A stretch of 64,000 bases of DNA, taken from the NCBI GenBank assembly GCA_964270895.1, contig OZ185442.1, one strand, 5' to 3'. Each line of letters opens with the position of its first letter. The first letter of the stretch is position 1. A program made the position numbers and the translations under genes. This DNA is from Podarcis filfolensis (lineage: Eukaryota). The notes beneath the pieces are model-generated. The model did not search any database. It was not told the DNA's origin and was given only the letters and a program-made list of their open reading frames with translations. Positions 35,591 to 47,759 of this stretch are shown one piece after another.

Positions 35591-36189
35591 TTCTCCTTAC
35601 GAGTGATGGGGAGTCTTTTGCTTCTTTACACTGTTCCGACAACTCTGCTAACACAGTTTAAGTGCAATATTAAAGGGCTTGGAATATGAGATACGCAGCA
35701 ATGCTCATCAGGGACAATTTGCAAAAATTGCTCGAGGCGCAGCCTCCAGAATATGAATGTGAGATGCCACCGCTCCCTACAACCCCCTCTGCGTGTTGCT
35801 GGTGACGTGACACAGGGAGGGGAGTGGACTGGAAGTGTCTGTTTTGGGATTTCCTGGGAAGTGCACGTCAACACACGGGAGACTGCAATGCTGTTTACAG
35901 GCAGAGCTGCGCCCAGAGGCAGTATGGAGTGCATGAATCATTTAACAGCAGCAAACTTTCTGAAAATGTCAAAGAAAGGGATTGTTAACCATTCTCCAAG
36001 CTGGGCCAGCTGTCTTTCATGGTCAAGGGCAATAAATGCTCACCCGGTTTTGGGGTGGCTGAAACCCTGCAGGCTGCCTTGGGGAGCTCACCTGAAGCCC
36101 AACCCAAGCAGCAGCACCTGTATGGTGCTGACAGAACTACCTCAGCAGGTAGCGGGTGGTGGAACTCAAAAGCAAGCATCATAAGCCTC

Positions 36190-37010
36190 TCTTCTGTCTC
36201 AGTCAGACTGCACCTGAAGTCCTGTGTCCATTTCTGGGCACCATCGTTTCAGAAGAATAGTGACAAGCTGGAAGGTGTGCAGGGGAGGTTGATCAAGATG
36301 ATCCAGGGCATGAAAACTCTGATATGACAGTCATCTTCAAATATCTGAAGGGCCATCACATGGAAGATAGAGCAAGGTGCTCCAGAGGGTAGGACCTGAA
36401 CCATTTACATTACAAGAGGTATGACTAAACATTCAGAAGAACCAGTGATGGCACACCCTGTTTTGACACTTGAGGTGAAATGGGAGGTGCTGCCCTGCTG
36501 CGACTCCTACCACCAGCACTGCCATACCTGCTGCTTCCACCATCACCTGCGCCACCTGCACTGCCCGCCCTGACACCTCTGCCACGTCTCCACTGCTGGT
36601 AGAGCCAGCGGGGCAGGCAGAACACTTGCAGGGGTGCAGCCTTGGGGACTTCCACCACCTCACTCTGCCTAATGGCCAGCTCAACCCTGGGAAGAACTTC
36701 CTGGGGGTGAGAGCTATTTGACAGTGGAATGGACAGCCTCAGAAGGTTCAGAAGGAATGGACAGCCTCAGACTCTGAAAGTGGTGGAAGGTTGGAGAGTA
36801 TGCTATTAGCCATGATGGTGATGCTCTGCCTCCACAGAGGCAATAATGTTTCTGAATACCAGCTGCTGGAAACCAGAGGAGGGGAGAGGGCTCTCGTGCT
36901 TGGGTCCTGCTTGCAGATTTCCCATTGGGGCATGTGGTTGGCCACTGAGAGACCAGGATGCTGGGCTAGATGGGCCATTGGCCTGATCCAGTAGGCTCTT
37001 CTTAACATTC
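36190..37010 (+). mobile_element. CR1 3' fragment(s) split by a hAT-type insertion
   Basis: cacctgaagtcctgtgtccatttctggg...aaacattcagaagaac|ttcctg...gacagtggaatgg...ccagtaggctcttctta. Confidence 0.75.
36443..36689. mobile_element. hAT-type non-autonomous element
   Basis: CAG...CTG ends; 8-bp TSD agaagaac / ggaagaac (7 of 8 match); CR1 sequence is continuous across it. Confidence 0.65.
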
Positions 37011-39002
37011 TTACTCCTGCATTGTGGAAGGGAACATCAGTGGGCCAAAAGCAGTGAACATCCTTTCAGGATTTGTAATCTTAGATGTTTCCCTGGGAAA
37101 TTTATTCCCCAAAAGAAATATATGAGCATTTAAAAGATTCAAGTAGCTACTTAAGTAATGAACTGCAGCTCATTGATTGGCGTGTTATTTATTCAGCTGC
37201 TCGAAAAAGAAGTGAAGAGAGAGAGAGAGAGAGAGCGCTCTTATCTGTTTTGCCACAGAAAGAGAGGAAGTCCTCTGAGTCTGGGCTAAGCAGATATGTC
37301 AGTATCTATCAAGGTGACCACTTAAATCACTTCATTAGCCAGTCCCAGGTGTCCTGGGTTGACCACGAACTATGAAATGGAGCATCTGAAGAACTGCTGA
37401 AGTTGCACATCACCCACAGAACCTCTGGCCTTTTCTGAGATGAAAACTGGCACAGATTCTTGGTAAATGGCAGCAACTGCCCAGAGTTTTAGATATACGA
37501 TGGAGTTCAAGAACAGCAGCCTTGAAGCATCTGAGATATGTTAGCCGGGTCCATTTATCTGGAAATAAAATGTGTGGTATACTCTATGAATGTCATTACA
37601 AAGGTTGTGCACCCACCCCCATCTCTGCTGAGCGGTAGCAAGTTTCCAGGGTGTTTCAGGTGCTCCCCCAGGGTTGTGTTTCTGTTGGGAAATCAAGGCA
37701 CAATGGAGACTAGTGCCTTTAAGAAATTTAGTTTCTTGTACACATGTTTACACCTGGGTCTACCTTGGAGAGAGTTCAGAGTACATCTCAAGAGGGGCTT
37801 GTTCCCGACAGCAGTGCAGCATTGGAGTCCATGGTGTCCTAGACATGCCTCTGTCTCAGCCTGCCAAGATGGTTCTCCCTCACATGGGCTCTGCCTGGAG
37901 TCCTGGCTCTACCTTTCTCTTCCCAGGAACAACCAATTGTCCCCTTCTGTTTTCTACTGTGGGTAGGTGATAGTGAACACATGGTGGGATGCTGTTTTTT
38001 GTGGCACTTGCCTGGGCTACTGTTGTTCCGGAGAAGTGATAGGAGATGGCTGGAATGACAACCTTAATGGACAAAAAGTAATTCATCGCAGAGAAGAAAA
38101 AGCTGTTGTCCCACAGAGACCAGCTGTCTCCATACATATTCCTCCACTCCTCCATACATATTACTCCATACATATTCCTCCAATCCTGACCAAGTCCTTT
38201 CTCTCCAGCAAAACCTTCTCCATAAATGTTGAGGGGCTTATAATTTATCTGTGGTTCCTGCATGTAACTAGATGTCCTTTGGGTCCTTTCCAACTCCACA
38301 ATTTTGTGATAAGCTAGGCAACCAAAAAGGGAAGCACAGGGGCAGCCTGGAATGTTTTGTTGCTGTAGGCAAAATGTTCTGCTGCTGTCCCATCCTCCCA
38401 CCACCAGCCACAGATTTGGGCCCTTTCATGCCCCCACCTTTGCACCCATGCAATGCAGCTGGCACTGCCAAAACTATACCCTTGCCACCTGCTGCACCCA
38501 CACTGCTGCCACGACACAGTGGCAAGGGCATGGGTGAAGCCACAACCAGACTGGCAGTGGTCCACTGAGGCAATAGTGGCACAGTGGTGGGATCAAGGGG
38601 CAGATCCTCTGCCTGAAGCAAATTACTTCACCTTGCCTTGTGGAAGTGCCAGTCTTGGGGAGCTGGCAGGATTAAAACAGGTGAAAGCTTGGATTACTTT
38701 AAGTTTCTGGATGTTTTCCAGAGAGAGAAAAGGAGAGGGAGGGACAGGGAGGAGATCAGCTGTACCAAAGGTGTTGGAGAGTTCAAGGAGGATGAGGACT
38801 GAGTGGACACCTTTAGATTTGAAAGCAAGAGGATTATTGCTGAGAGACATTTCAGGGGACAGCAAAGGTTGAAGCCAGCTTGTGGGGGGAGGTGTCAGAA
38901 AAGGATTTGGGGGAGAGAATATTGAGCCAGTTTGGAGCAGCATCCTGCAGGAGTTTGAAGGCAAAGGGACTGGGCAAATGAGGCAGTTGTTGGAGAAGGA
39001 GG

Positions 39003-39175
39003 ATGGGCTGTAGCTCAGCAATAGAGCATTTGCTTAGCATGTAGATGGCCCTAGGTTCAAGCCTTGGCATTTCCAGGTAGGGCTGTGAAAAACATTCACA
39101 TCAGAAACCTTGGAGAGCCCTTGTCAGCGCAGATAGTACTGAGCTAGATGGACCACAAGGCAGCTTCCTACATTC
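39003..39175 (+). mobile_element. tRNA-derived SINE (Squam2/Anolis SINE2-like)
   Basis: gggctgtagctcagcaatagagcatttgc...ggttcaagcc tRNA-like head, then ccaggtagggctg...aaaccttggagagcc...gagctagatggacc...aaggcagcttcct. Confidence 0.75.
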
Positions 39176-39324
39176 CATCAAGGGATGGTTTTTGAGAATA
39201 GTAGAAACAATAGTGTGTTTGAATACAGTGGAGAACACAAGAAAAGTCCTGTTGGATCACATCAAAGGCTCACTGCATCAGATTCCAGTTTGCCACATTG
39301 GACAGAAGCCCACTGAGATAATAT

Positions 39325-39460
39325 CCAGATGGGTAGCCATATTAGTCTGTGGCAACAAAAACTACAAAGAGCCATGTGGCATCTTAAAGAGGGACAGCGA
39401 ATTTATTGAAACAAAAGTTTTCATGGACCAGAGTCCACTTCATCAGATGCCTGAAACGTG
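39325..39460 (-). mobile_element. Penelope-like pLTR fragment with decayed hammerhead motif
   Basis: gggtagccatattagtctg...gtggcatcttaaag...gagtccacttcatcagatgc; the reverse complement reads GCAT-CTGATGA-A-GTGGAC-tctg-GTCCAT-GAAA. Confidence 0.75.
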
Positions 39461-40358
39461 ATCCTGAACTGGCCTATATGATGATTACGCAAAAGCAAAA
39501 TAGCTACAGCAACAACAAACAAGGCAGCATTGGTGATAAGCAACACAGATGTCCTGGCATTACGGAGCTATTTAGCACATGCAGTGCAATACAATTCCAT
39601 CATCTCAATTCAAGTCACAGGTGACAGAGCTGGATTCCCTGGAGGAAAAAAAACACATTCAGAAGTTTCAAGCTGGAGGTTCCCTCTGGCGTTTCTTTGT
39701 TCAAATATGGCCAGCAGAGGATGGTTAGTTACAAACGATCCTAGTACTGTATGTCGGGTTTCTGATTGTCCAATTTGTCCAGTTCTGATTGTCCAATTTG
39801 TGTCCATTTTTCATAGAGACTGACCACTTTATTGTAAGTAGGGTACAGAAAAGCATTGCTGGCATTTGACACCCTTTATCACCTTGGAAGGTGAGCAGAT
39901 GAGCAAACCATGAATGTTTACCCCCTAGTGATGTCATTGCCAGGACCTGCCCAGGATGGAAAATGCCTCCCCTCTGCTGCCACCACCTCCTGCTCCACTG
40001 CATGCCCACCACTGTGCACCTCCCCACACCCACCTCCTCCTCCTCTGCTACATCCCCACCACTGTGTGTCTTCCCACCGCCCACATGCCTGCCTGCCGCC
40101 TGGCAGCAATGTGTGGATGTGCTGTGCCAGCAGCAAGCCAGGCAGCCATGGGTGGGCGATGGGTTGGTTGCTGAGTGTGTGGCAGTGGGCCAACAAGCAC
40201 AGAGCATGCTTCATGAAGGCCAGATTTGCCACCCCTCCCAGCTATCTGGAGCCTGCCGCCCCGAGACACATCACCTCACCTCATACAAACTCCTCCTTGT
40301 ACCTCATCTGGAGTTGTGTTCCACTCAGTCATTAGGTTCCTCCTAAACTAGTTTTTGT

Positions 40359-40707
40359 GCGATGCGGGTGGTGCTGTGGTCTAAACCACTGAGCCTTGGG
40401 CTTGCCGATTGGAAGGTTGGCAGTTCGAATCCCCAAGACGGGGTGAGCTCCCGTTGCTCGGTCCCAGTTTGAAAGCATGTCACAGTGCAAGTAGATAAAT
40501 AGGTACTGCTCCAGTGGGAAGGTAAAAAGTGTTTCTGTGCACTGCTCTGGTTTCGCCAGAAGCGGCTTAGTCATGCTGGCCACATGACCCGGAAAAACTG
40601 TCTGCAGACAAACGTCGGCTCCCTCAGCCAGTAAAGTGAGATGAGTGCTGCAACCCCAGAGTGGTTCATGACTGGACTTAACTGTCAGGGGTCCTTGACC
40701 TTTACTT
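40359..40707 (+). mobile_element. Sauria SINE, second subfamily
   Basis: Head gatgcgggtggtgctgtggtctaaaccac, B box gttcgaatcc, diagnostic aaaactgtctgcagacaaacgtc; degenerate TSD taaactagtttt / taaactgatttt. Confidence 0.93.
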
Positions 40708-41089
40708 TAAACTGATTTTGACCAGTTTAGTTCTCAGGCCATACCTTTATATACATAACAGTGGTCTCACTGACTGGGGGTTTCTTGTTCCCCTCTGGAA
40801 TTTCTACTTCACTTTCCTCTTACAGTTCTCTGATTATCTGCCTTTGTATGTCAGCAGAGGCCTTCTGACAGCATCTTAAAATGTGAGAAGAAGCCCTGTC
40901 TCCAAGAACCAGTTGCTTCCCTATCAAGTGAAGGAATAAAGGTAGTTATTTGGAGTCATGGTCATTGCTCTCAGCCCAACCCAATATATGCTGCTAGCTA
41001 GGGCAGCACTACTTGTGTGGGCCAACTAAGCTAGGATGAAGAGATGGTACCATGAAATCCCTAAGGAGATGTTGTTGCTGTTGCTATAT

Positions 41090-41310
41090 TTATGGTATAT
41101 TTATATACCACCTTTTTGTTCCAGGGAACTCAAGGTAGTATACATAGTTCTCCTCCTCCCCATTTCATCATTACAACAACCCTGTGAGGTTACCCTAAGA
41201 GATGTGACTGGCCCCAGATCACCCAGTGAGCTTCATGACTGATTGGGAATTCGAACCCTGGTCTCCCAGGTCATAGTCCAACACTTTAGCCATTACACCA
41301 CAATGGCTCT
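41090..41310 (-). mobile_element. MIR/Ther1-like (Squam3-type) SINE
   Basis: acaacaaccctgtgagg...cacccagtgagcttcatgactg...attcgaaccctggtctcccagg...cattacaccacaatggctct. Confidence 0.8.
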
Positions 41311-41672
41311 ATCACTAGTAACACCCCCCCCCAAAGGGAGCTGAGACATTTGGATGCATGCTATGAGCTTTGGGTAATAAAGAGGACTGTAATTATGGAA
41401 ATTATTTGGCTCACCCATTCTTTGCATGTTCTGACCCAGAACCTATAAGCAAGGGTTCCAGGTTTTAAACCCTGGGCTGGATGAATCCACAAGGGCCTGA
41501 CTCTGCACCAACATACAGTTTGTAACCTCATGCAATGAGGAGGTGACTTTTCGATTTTCCAGCTGACATATCAAAATGTATTGAGGCAGCTCTGTCAATT
41601 GCTTGGTTGTAGGCAGAAAGAGAAAGCAGGAGAGCAGCCAAGGCTGTTTCAAATCAGCTCAGAGTTCCACTC

Positions 41673-41673
<1 letters not shown>

Positions 41674-41705
<32 letters not shown>

Positions 41706-41737
41706 AAAGAGAGAGAGCGAGAGAGAGAGAGAGAGAG
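41674..41737. repeat. Compound (CA)n/(GA)n microsatellite
   Basis: Direct reading. Confidence 0.95.
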
Positions 41738-42589
41738 AAACCAAAGCAAATGGAGGATTCAGACCTCCAGAAACACTGCACAGCAGAAAGTCTTTCTTCT
41801 GTGCCATCAGGTGCTCCCATTTGGAGTCCTTTTCAGTTGCGTGTATGATGGTCTCTCCAGCAACAGGCCGGGGGGATAATTACAGCACTTTTCATAAATG
41901 AAGTATGGGAGGCACAAGAGGAGGAATTAAGCTGTCAATAGCATTGCAACAATCTACAGATATTGTTTGGATTTGACACAAAAAGCATCAATCCTCCCTT
42001 TAGTGTGGCTGAGCCCGTGAAAGGAAAACAATGGTGAGGAAGGAGTGGGGAGAAGAGAGACGCAAAAGAAGCTGAGCAGAAGATGATTCACAGCTCATTC
42101 AATGGGGGGGGGGGGAGATGGGATCTGATGCAAAAGGATGAAGGGCCCATGTTTTTCTTCCAGCTGCATTAAAAACTTGCTTGGGGCTTCCATTTTGCCA
42201 CTCTTGCCGCATTACCCTGTAGCCCTCCACCAGATGCATCCACAGCAGGAAGAAATGAGACTCTTACTGGGTGCTGCTCAGAGTGACAGCAATGTAAAGC
42301 AAACAGGTCTAGCCTATGGGAGTCACAATGACACTCACATTTTCCTCCACTGTATCATTTCCATACACTTGGCACAGAAGAATTTCCTGGGAAATGTCAC
42401 CCCTGGGGGGGGGGGCAGAGAATGGGCAGAAGAGGGAGGAAGGGAGAGAGTTTTATTTATTCATTTATTTTCATAAAATTTATACACTGCTTGTTTGTAA
42501 ACAAAACGAAACAAAAACTGGGAACATTAAAGCGGTTTGCAAAAAAGATGAAACCACAAAATTATCAGTTAGCAGAATTAAAAACCAAT

Positions 42590-43460
42590 AAAAGAAGACT
42601 TCTGAAATATTAAAATGCCAATAGATTAAAAGAAAGAGTAAAACTCACATCAGTTTTCTAAACATCTGAGCAGGCTTGCCTAAACAGGAATGTTTTTAGC
42701 AGGAGCTGAAAAGAGCATAGGGAAGGTGCCAGCCTGGCATCAACAGGCAGGGAGTTCCAAAGTGGGGGGCTGTCACACTAAAATATTGAGTTTTTTAAAA
42801 TATGGAATGAGTATTATCTGGCACCTGTAATAGGACCAGTTCTGCTGATTGAAGCCATCAAGTGGGCACATACAGGGTAAGGTGATCTTGCAGGTAGGCT
42901 GATCCCAAATTGTTAAGGGCTTTATATACAGTGGTACCTCAGGTTAAGAACTTAATTTGTTCTGGAGGTCTGTTCTTAACCTGAAGCTGTTCTTAACCTG
43001 AGGTACCACTTTAGCTAATGGGGCCTCCCGCTGCCGCCACGCGATTTCTGTTCTCATCCCAAAGCAAAGTTCTTAACCCGAGGTACTATTTCTGGGTTAG
43101 AGGAGTCTGTAACCTGAAGCGTCTGTAACCTGAAGCGCCTGTAACCTGAGGTACCACTGTACTAATAATGACGCCTTCAACTTTACAAAGTAGCAAATCA
43201 GCAACCACTGCAAATCTTTGAGCACACGTCTTACATGCTGCCAAGGTCTCACTGCAGTCAGCAGTCATGTTGCAGCATTCTGTGTTAACAGCAGCCTCCA
43301 TATCAAATACAAGGGAAGCCCTACATAGAGCACATTGCAGTAATCCAGTTGGGTTGCATGTTTTGGGTCAGCACAGCTCCCCAATCAGCACCATTCAAGT
43401 CTGGAGCATTCTGTTGACCAGTTACCTCCACACACTCTCCAACTTCACCATCATTAACTG
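42590..43460 (-). mobile_element. L2 LINE 3' fragment interrupted by a MITE
   Basis: Minus-strand LDYCNV (cacattgcagtaatccag) resembles L2 RLDYCN; L2 3' motifs ggcagggagttccaaag and aggaatgtttttagcagg. Confidence 0.75.
42929..43159. mobile_element. Tigger/pogo-like MITE (about 230-bp family)
   Basis: cagtggtacctcaggtta...aacctgaggtaccactg with TA TSD. Confidence 0.92.
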
Positions 43461-44341
43461 TGACTACTCCATCGCAGAGAGTTGGACTGGATGACACTTT
43501 GGGTCCATCCAGCTCTACCATTCTATGATCTGCCCAGTTCTCCCATAAAAGAGACACCTAGAGGTTCCTTTAGTGACTTCTAGTTGCAGAGGCAGATTTA
43601 GGGGAGTGTAGGAGGAGCGGGGGCCTGCAACTATGCAAGTAAGCATGAGAGTTGGAGGAGTGATGGATTTTGGTGTCACACAGGGCGTGGCTGAAATTTG
43701 AGACCCCAAGATCTGCCACTGCTCCTTGCTCAGGGCACCCCAGCATCTGCCTTCCCTGAGAATGAAAGCCATTGCCAAACACTGCTGCCAGATGTCCTTT
43801 GCATTAAGGTGGAAGTTTTCATTTTATTTATGGGAAGGAGCAGAGAGGGTGAGTCATGCCATCAGTGATGGAAGGGAACAGGACACCTTTCACCCTTGTT
43901 ACTGTTTCTTGTCTTCTCGCTGTGTGATGTCCCAGGATGATGGCAGCAAGTCTTCCAATCTGTCAGGATGATAGACACAGGCTGACCCTTCTCCCTCTGC
44001 CCAGCAGACACTCATGATCCTCTCATTAGCAGCATTGCTAGCTTTTGGCCCAAATTCAACCTTGGCTACTTGTTCCAGGAGGGAAGCCCAACAGACAGCA
44101 GGAAGCTAGCCTCCCATTTCAAGCACAGACCAGTTAGGCAAGCAAGAATATTTGTGAGTATCAAATACTGACACAGAATACAGGTGTTAGGTGAGGTTTA
44201 GTGAGTACATGCATTGCATCCCACAACAAAAAGTCCTGAAAGGATTTAGAATAAGAATAGAATATGAAAGTAAAAATAATGAACATATTAAAATCATTAT
44301 AGAACTGTAGAGTTGTAAGGGACCTCAGGGGTCCTCTAGTC

Positions 44342-44777
44342 TATGGTTACCAGATTTTTTTCAATGAATTCGGGGACACTTTTTTTTTTTTTTTTTGAAG
44401 CTGAGTAGCAACAGGGAGTCAGTAGTGGGGTTGGCAAAAGACCCTGGGCCCAAGCACACATGCATATTGTATAAAGGTGCAAAGCCCTTCTTTCACACCC
44501 TGTGAAACATAAATGCGCAGAGTTTTTTAAAAACTGGACAATGGTGGCTGCCAGCCTCTGTCAAAACAAAGGGGGGAGGAGGCAGGAGATCGGGGGAGTC
44601 ATGGGTGCAGCAGCCCGGAGCCAGCCAGAGCCAACTGCACTACCAGGCTGGCTGCGGGCTGCTGAGGCTGCCACTGCCATGTTTCCTGGGGACAGATGTG
44701 CAAATCTGGGGACATTCCGGGACAGATTTGCAAATCCAGGGACTGTCCCCGGGAACCGGGGACGTCTGGTAACCCTA
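44342..44777. mobile_element. Non-autonomous DNA transposon with TAGGGTTACCAG-type TIRs
   Basis: tatggttaccaga ... tctggtaacccta; splits a CR1-type tail (gtcctctagtc|gtccaacccctgcaatgc), giving an apparent 3-bp duplication gtc. Superfamily unresolved. Confidence 0.8.
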
Positions 44778-45737
44778 GTCCAACCCCTGCAATGCAAGAA
44801 TCTCAGCTATAGTATCCATGACCGATAGCCATCCAACCCCCTACCCTGTGGAGCATCAGAAAACAAGCTTGCTCCATCTTCCATGTGACAGCTCTTCAGA
44901 TATTTGAATATGGTTACAATTTCGCATCTCTTGGATGACTACTTGACAGTTGGGGTCCCTTCCAACTTTACAATTCAATGATTCTTTGATTCTATAACCA
45001 TGCTGGTTCTTGAACCGTGGGCCAATAACTGCTTTCAGGCAAACATCCAGAACATCACAAAAAACAATAGAGGGAAATGTTGAAGAGCCAAGGCTCGTTG
45101 GAGGTCTCCATCTCAGACTGAAAAGCCAAGCCACTCTTCAGATTCAGTTTTCCTTTGTCTCCCTCTTTCCTGATGTGTCTTGCTTACCTCTCTCCCTGGA
45201 TTGTGGCAGGGTCTGGATTGCTTTTTAATTTTGTGTACCACTTAGACATTTTAGTCACTTCATTAAATAATATATTTTTCCCCTGGAAAACAGCTTGCCT
45301 TTTCAGTAGCTGCTGTGGAAACTTCAAAAACTATATCTCTGTCTGTGTGCATAATTTGCTCCCATATGAGATCAGAGCCACAGCATGGATTATGGGATGG
45401 ACAGCAGTCACAGATTGCTGCAGCTGAGAAGTCTTTCAAGCATCATCTCTCTTGGCAGCTGTAAGAAAAATGGAGGAGTGTTTGCAAAGTTCAAGTAAAA
45501 CATAATAGACACCCTAAGCCTGGTTTAAAAACCACAGCTGTATCCAGATGCTTCATGCTGTTAATGACCCATTCCCCCGAATCCCTGCCTATAGATTTTG
45601 AGTATGTTGTGGGGGAAGCTTCTACTCTTGCTTTCTCCTTGACCTATAAATATTCATAGACAGGGAGATTTTGATATGGGTGGTTTTCAAAGAAATTATC
45701 CCCCTTTTGCTCCACATGCACATCTATTTGCTTTATG

Positions 45738-46247
45738 CACCCCATCTGGAGTCCTGTGTTCAGTTCTGTGCACCACAACTGAAGGATACTGACAAGCTGG
45801 AAGGTGTGCAGAGGACAGTGACCAAATAATCAAGGGTCTGGAAACCAAGGAATGGCTGAGGGAGTTGAGTATGTTTAGCCTGGAGAAGTGAAGGCTGAGG
45901 GGTGATATGATTGCAATCTTCAGGTAACTGAAGAACTGTCACACGGGAGATGGAGCAAGCTTGTTTTCTGCTGCTCCAGATGATAGGGTCAAACCAGTGG
46001 ATTCTAATTGCAAGAAAGAGGATTCCAACTAGCCCTTAGGAAGAACTTTCTGACATTATGAGCTGTTTAGCAGTGGAATGGACAACCTTGGAAGGTGGCT
46101 GACTCCCCTTCGTTGGAGGTTTTTAAACAGAGGTTGGGTGGACATCTGCCAGAGATTCTTTAGCTGTGATTTCTGCATCTCAGGGGGTTGGACCTGATAG
46201 CTTTAGGGTCCCCTTCCAGCTCTGCAATTATATGATTCTGTGATTCT
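45738..46247 (+). mobile_element. CR1 LINE 3' fragment
   Basis: catctggagtcctgtgttcagttctgtgc (HLE.CVQF) ... aaacagaggttgggtggacatctg ... tatgattctgtgattct tail. Confidence 0.85.
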
Positions 46248-46378
46248 GTATCAATCAATTCAGACTGTTCCTTGCACCCTTCTAAATGACAGAACCAGCT
46301 GTGAGAATGTTGCCAAGGAAGCTGCCACATGGATATATAGCTGTCAGAAGAATGAGGTGCATTCCACATGCCCCTTGT

Positions 46379-46428
46379 CCTTCCTTCCTTCCTTCCTTCC
46401 TTCCTTCCTTCCTTCCTTCCTTCCTTCC
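46379..46428. repeat. (TTCC)n microsatellite
   Basis: Direct reading. Confidence 0.95.
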
Positions 46429-46539
46429 TGGCAAGGGCTCCTCTGTCGGCCTTGGAAGGCAGCCAAAGCCAGGCCCCCTGGTTGGGTCACAGTCACTCTC
46501 CCCACCTTTCGACTCCCTCCTCAGCAGCAGGCACTAAAA

Positions 46540-46980
46540 AATAGAAAGAGAATTGGTTTAATTTAGAATAATGCGACACAACTCCCCATTGAGCGCCTCA
46601 CCCGTGAAGGGTGATTACCTTTCTTTTTTGCATGTAAGGAAGGCCTGAAATACTGATGGGTCTTTGAGGCCTCTTGTAAGGTGGGAGGGGAGGGGAGGGG
46701 GAAAAGGCATATATGCATATGGGGTCCCCTTCATGGGTGAAATACTGTCTATTTGTTATTATCCAAGAGTGGAGGGGGAGGTGGAAGCAAATAGGTGCGT
46801 TTCGAAAGGAAGGGTGCGGAATGAATCAGAGGCAAATGGAAGTAATAGCCATCTTATTAGCACGGTGGTGCTTTCCTTGATGCAAAGTGGGACGTGCACG
46901 GAACAGCAGATGTCTCTAGATAAATCAAATCCGTAACCTGATTTAAACTGCAACATTGTGAGGAGACAGAGGGAAAAATT
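46540..46980. promoter_or_regulatory. Candidate conserved non-coding block
   Basis: About 10 CpGs, TAAATCA 46921 and TGATTTAA 46939, G-quadruplex motif 46683-46701. Confidence 0.4.
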
Positions 46981-47759
46981 GTTTGCAAAGTATGAGCAGA
47001 TTCACACAGCCTTGTTAGATAGTGAGGAATGCAGGGCAAGAGGCTTGATCCATCTGTCAGGGACTTTTTGGCTGTGATTCTTGCATAGCAGAAGCTTGGA
47101 CTAGATGACCCTTTGAGTACCATCTACAGTTCTGTGATTCCATGATTCTGTGCTGCAGAATTAAGCACAGGGTGAAACTGTTCTGCAATTCTCTCACTCC
47201 ATGGCTTACAGCTCAGCCCACATTTGCTGTATCTCTCTCGACTATTTCTGGGTGTGTGTCTTTCATAGCGGCAAGGCTCACGTCTGTTCACAGCTGGCTC
47301 TGCTCCATAGTAAAGCAAAGATTCAGCTTGCTATAAGCTGAACTCTGCAGAAATCCAGATTTGGAGTAAAGCTATCCTTATGTGCTCAGAAGCTCATATG
47401 TGGTCTCTCAAGCCAGTGAAGCTTCACGTGCCTGGAAAATGTCACAAAAGCAGAGCAATGGCAAATCTTGTGCCGTGTTACGGAACTATGGACACACCAG
47501 TGGCTTAAAATGCAGTGAGATTGTTTCTCTTCTGATGCATTGCAAGTCACAGTTGCACAAATCTGCACACACCAGAGATGGGGCAGGGATTTCATCCAAT
47601 GTGCATTGCCTGCTTGGTTCCCGCCCCTACCACTCCCAACTCCGATTCGTGAAGCTGTCATCTGGACTCATGCAGTGGCTGTCTCAAATGTGCATACCTC
47701 AGCTTAGGTTTTCAAATCAAATAGAAGTTGATTTCAAGGCAAGCAAGAGTTTTTAAAAT

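Noticed and set aside
37385-37410. Third hammerhead (gcatctgaagaac; also ctgaagaagtg near 18320)
   Set aside because: A core-like word is present but there is no stem II, GAAA or stem I partner.
37538-38872. Run of 116-174 aa ORFs
   Set aside because: No domain similarity; they cross a short tandem repeat, a CR1-type tail and a GC-rich probable hAT relic.
39003-39075. tRNA gene (also 52358-52430 and 54796-54860)
   Set aside because: tRNA-like heads run into SINE bodies and tails, and no complete cloverleaf can be formed.
39725-40346. 127-160 aa ORFs on both strands
   Set aside because: Products of C/A-rich low-complexity sequence in a probable decayed DNA transposon.
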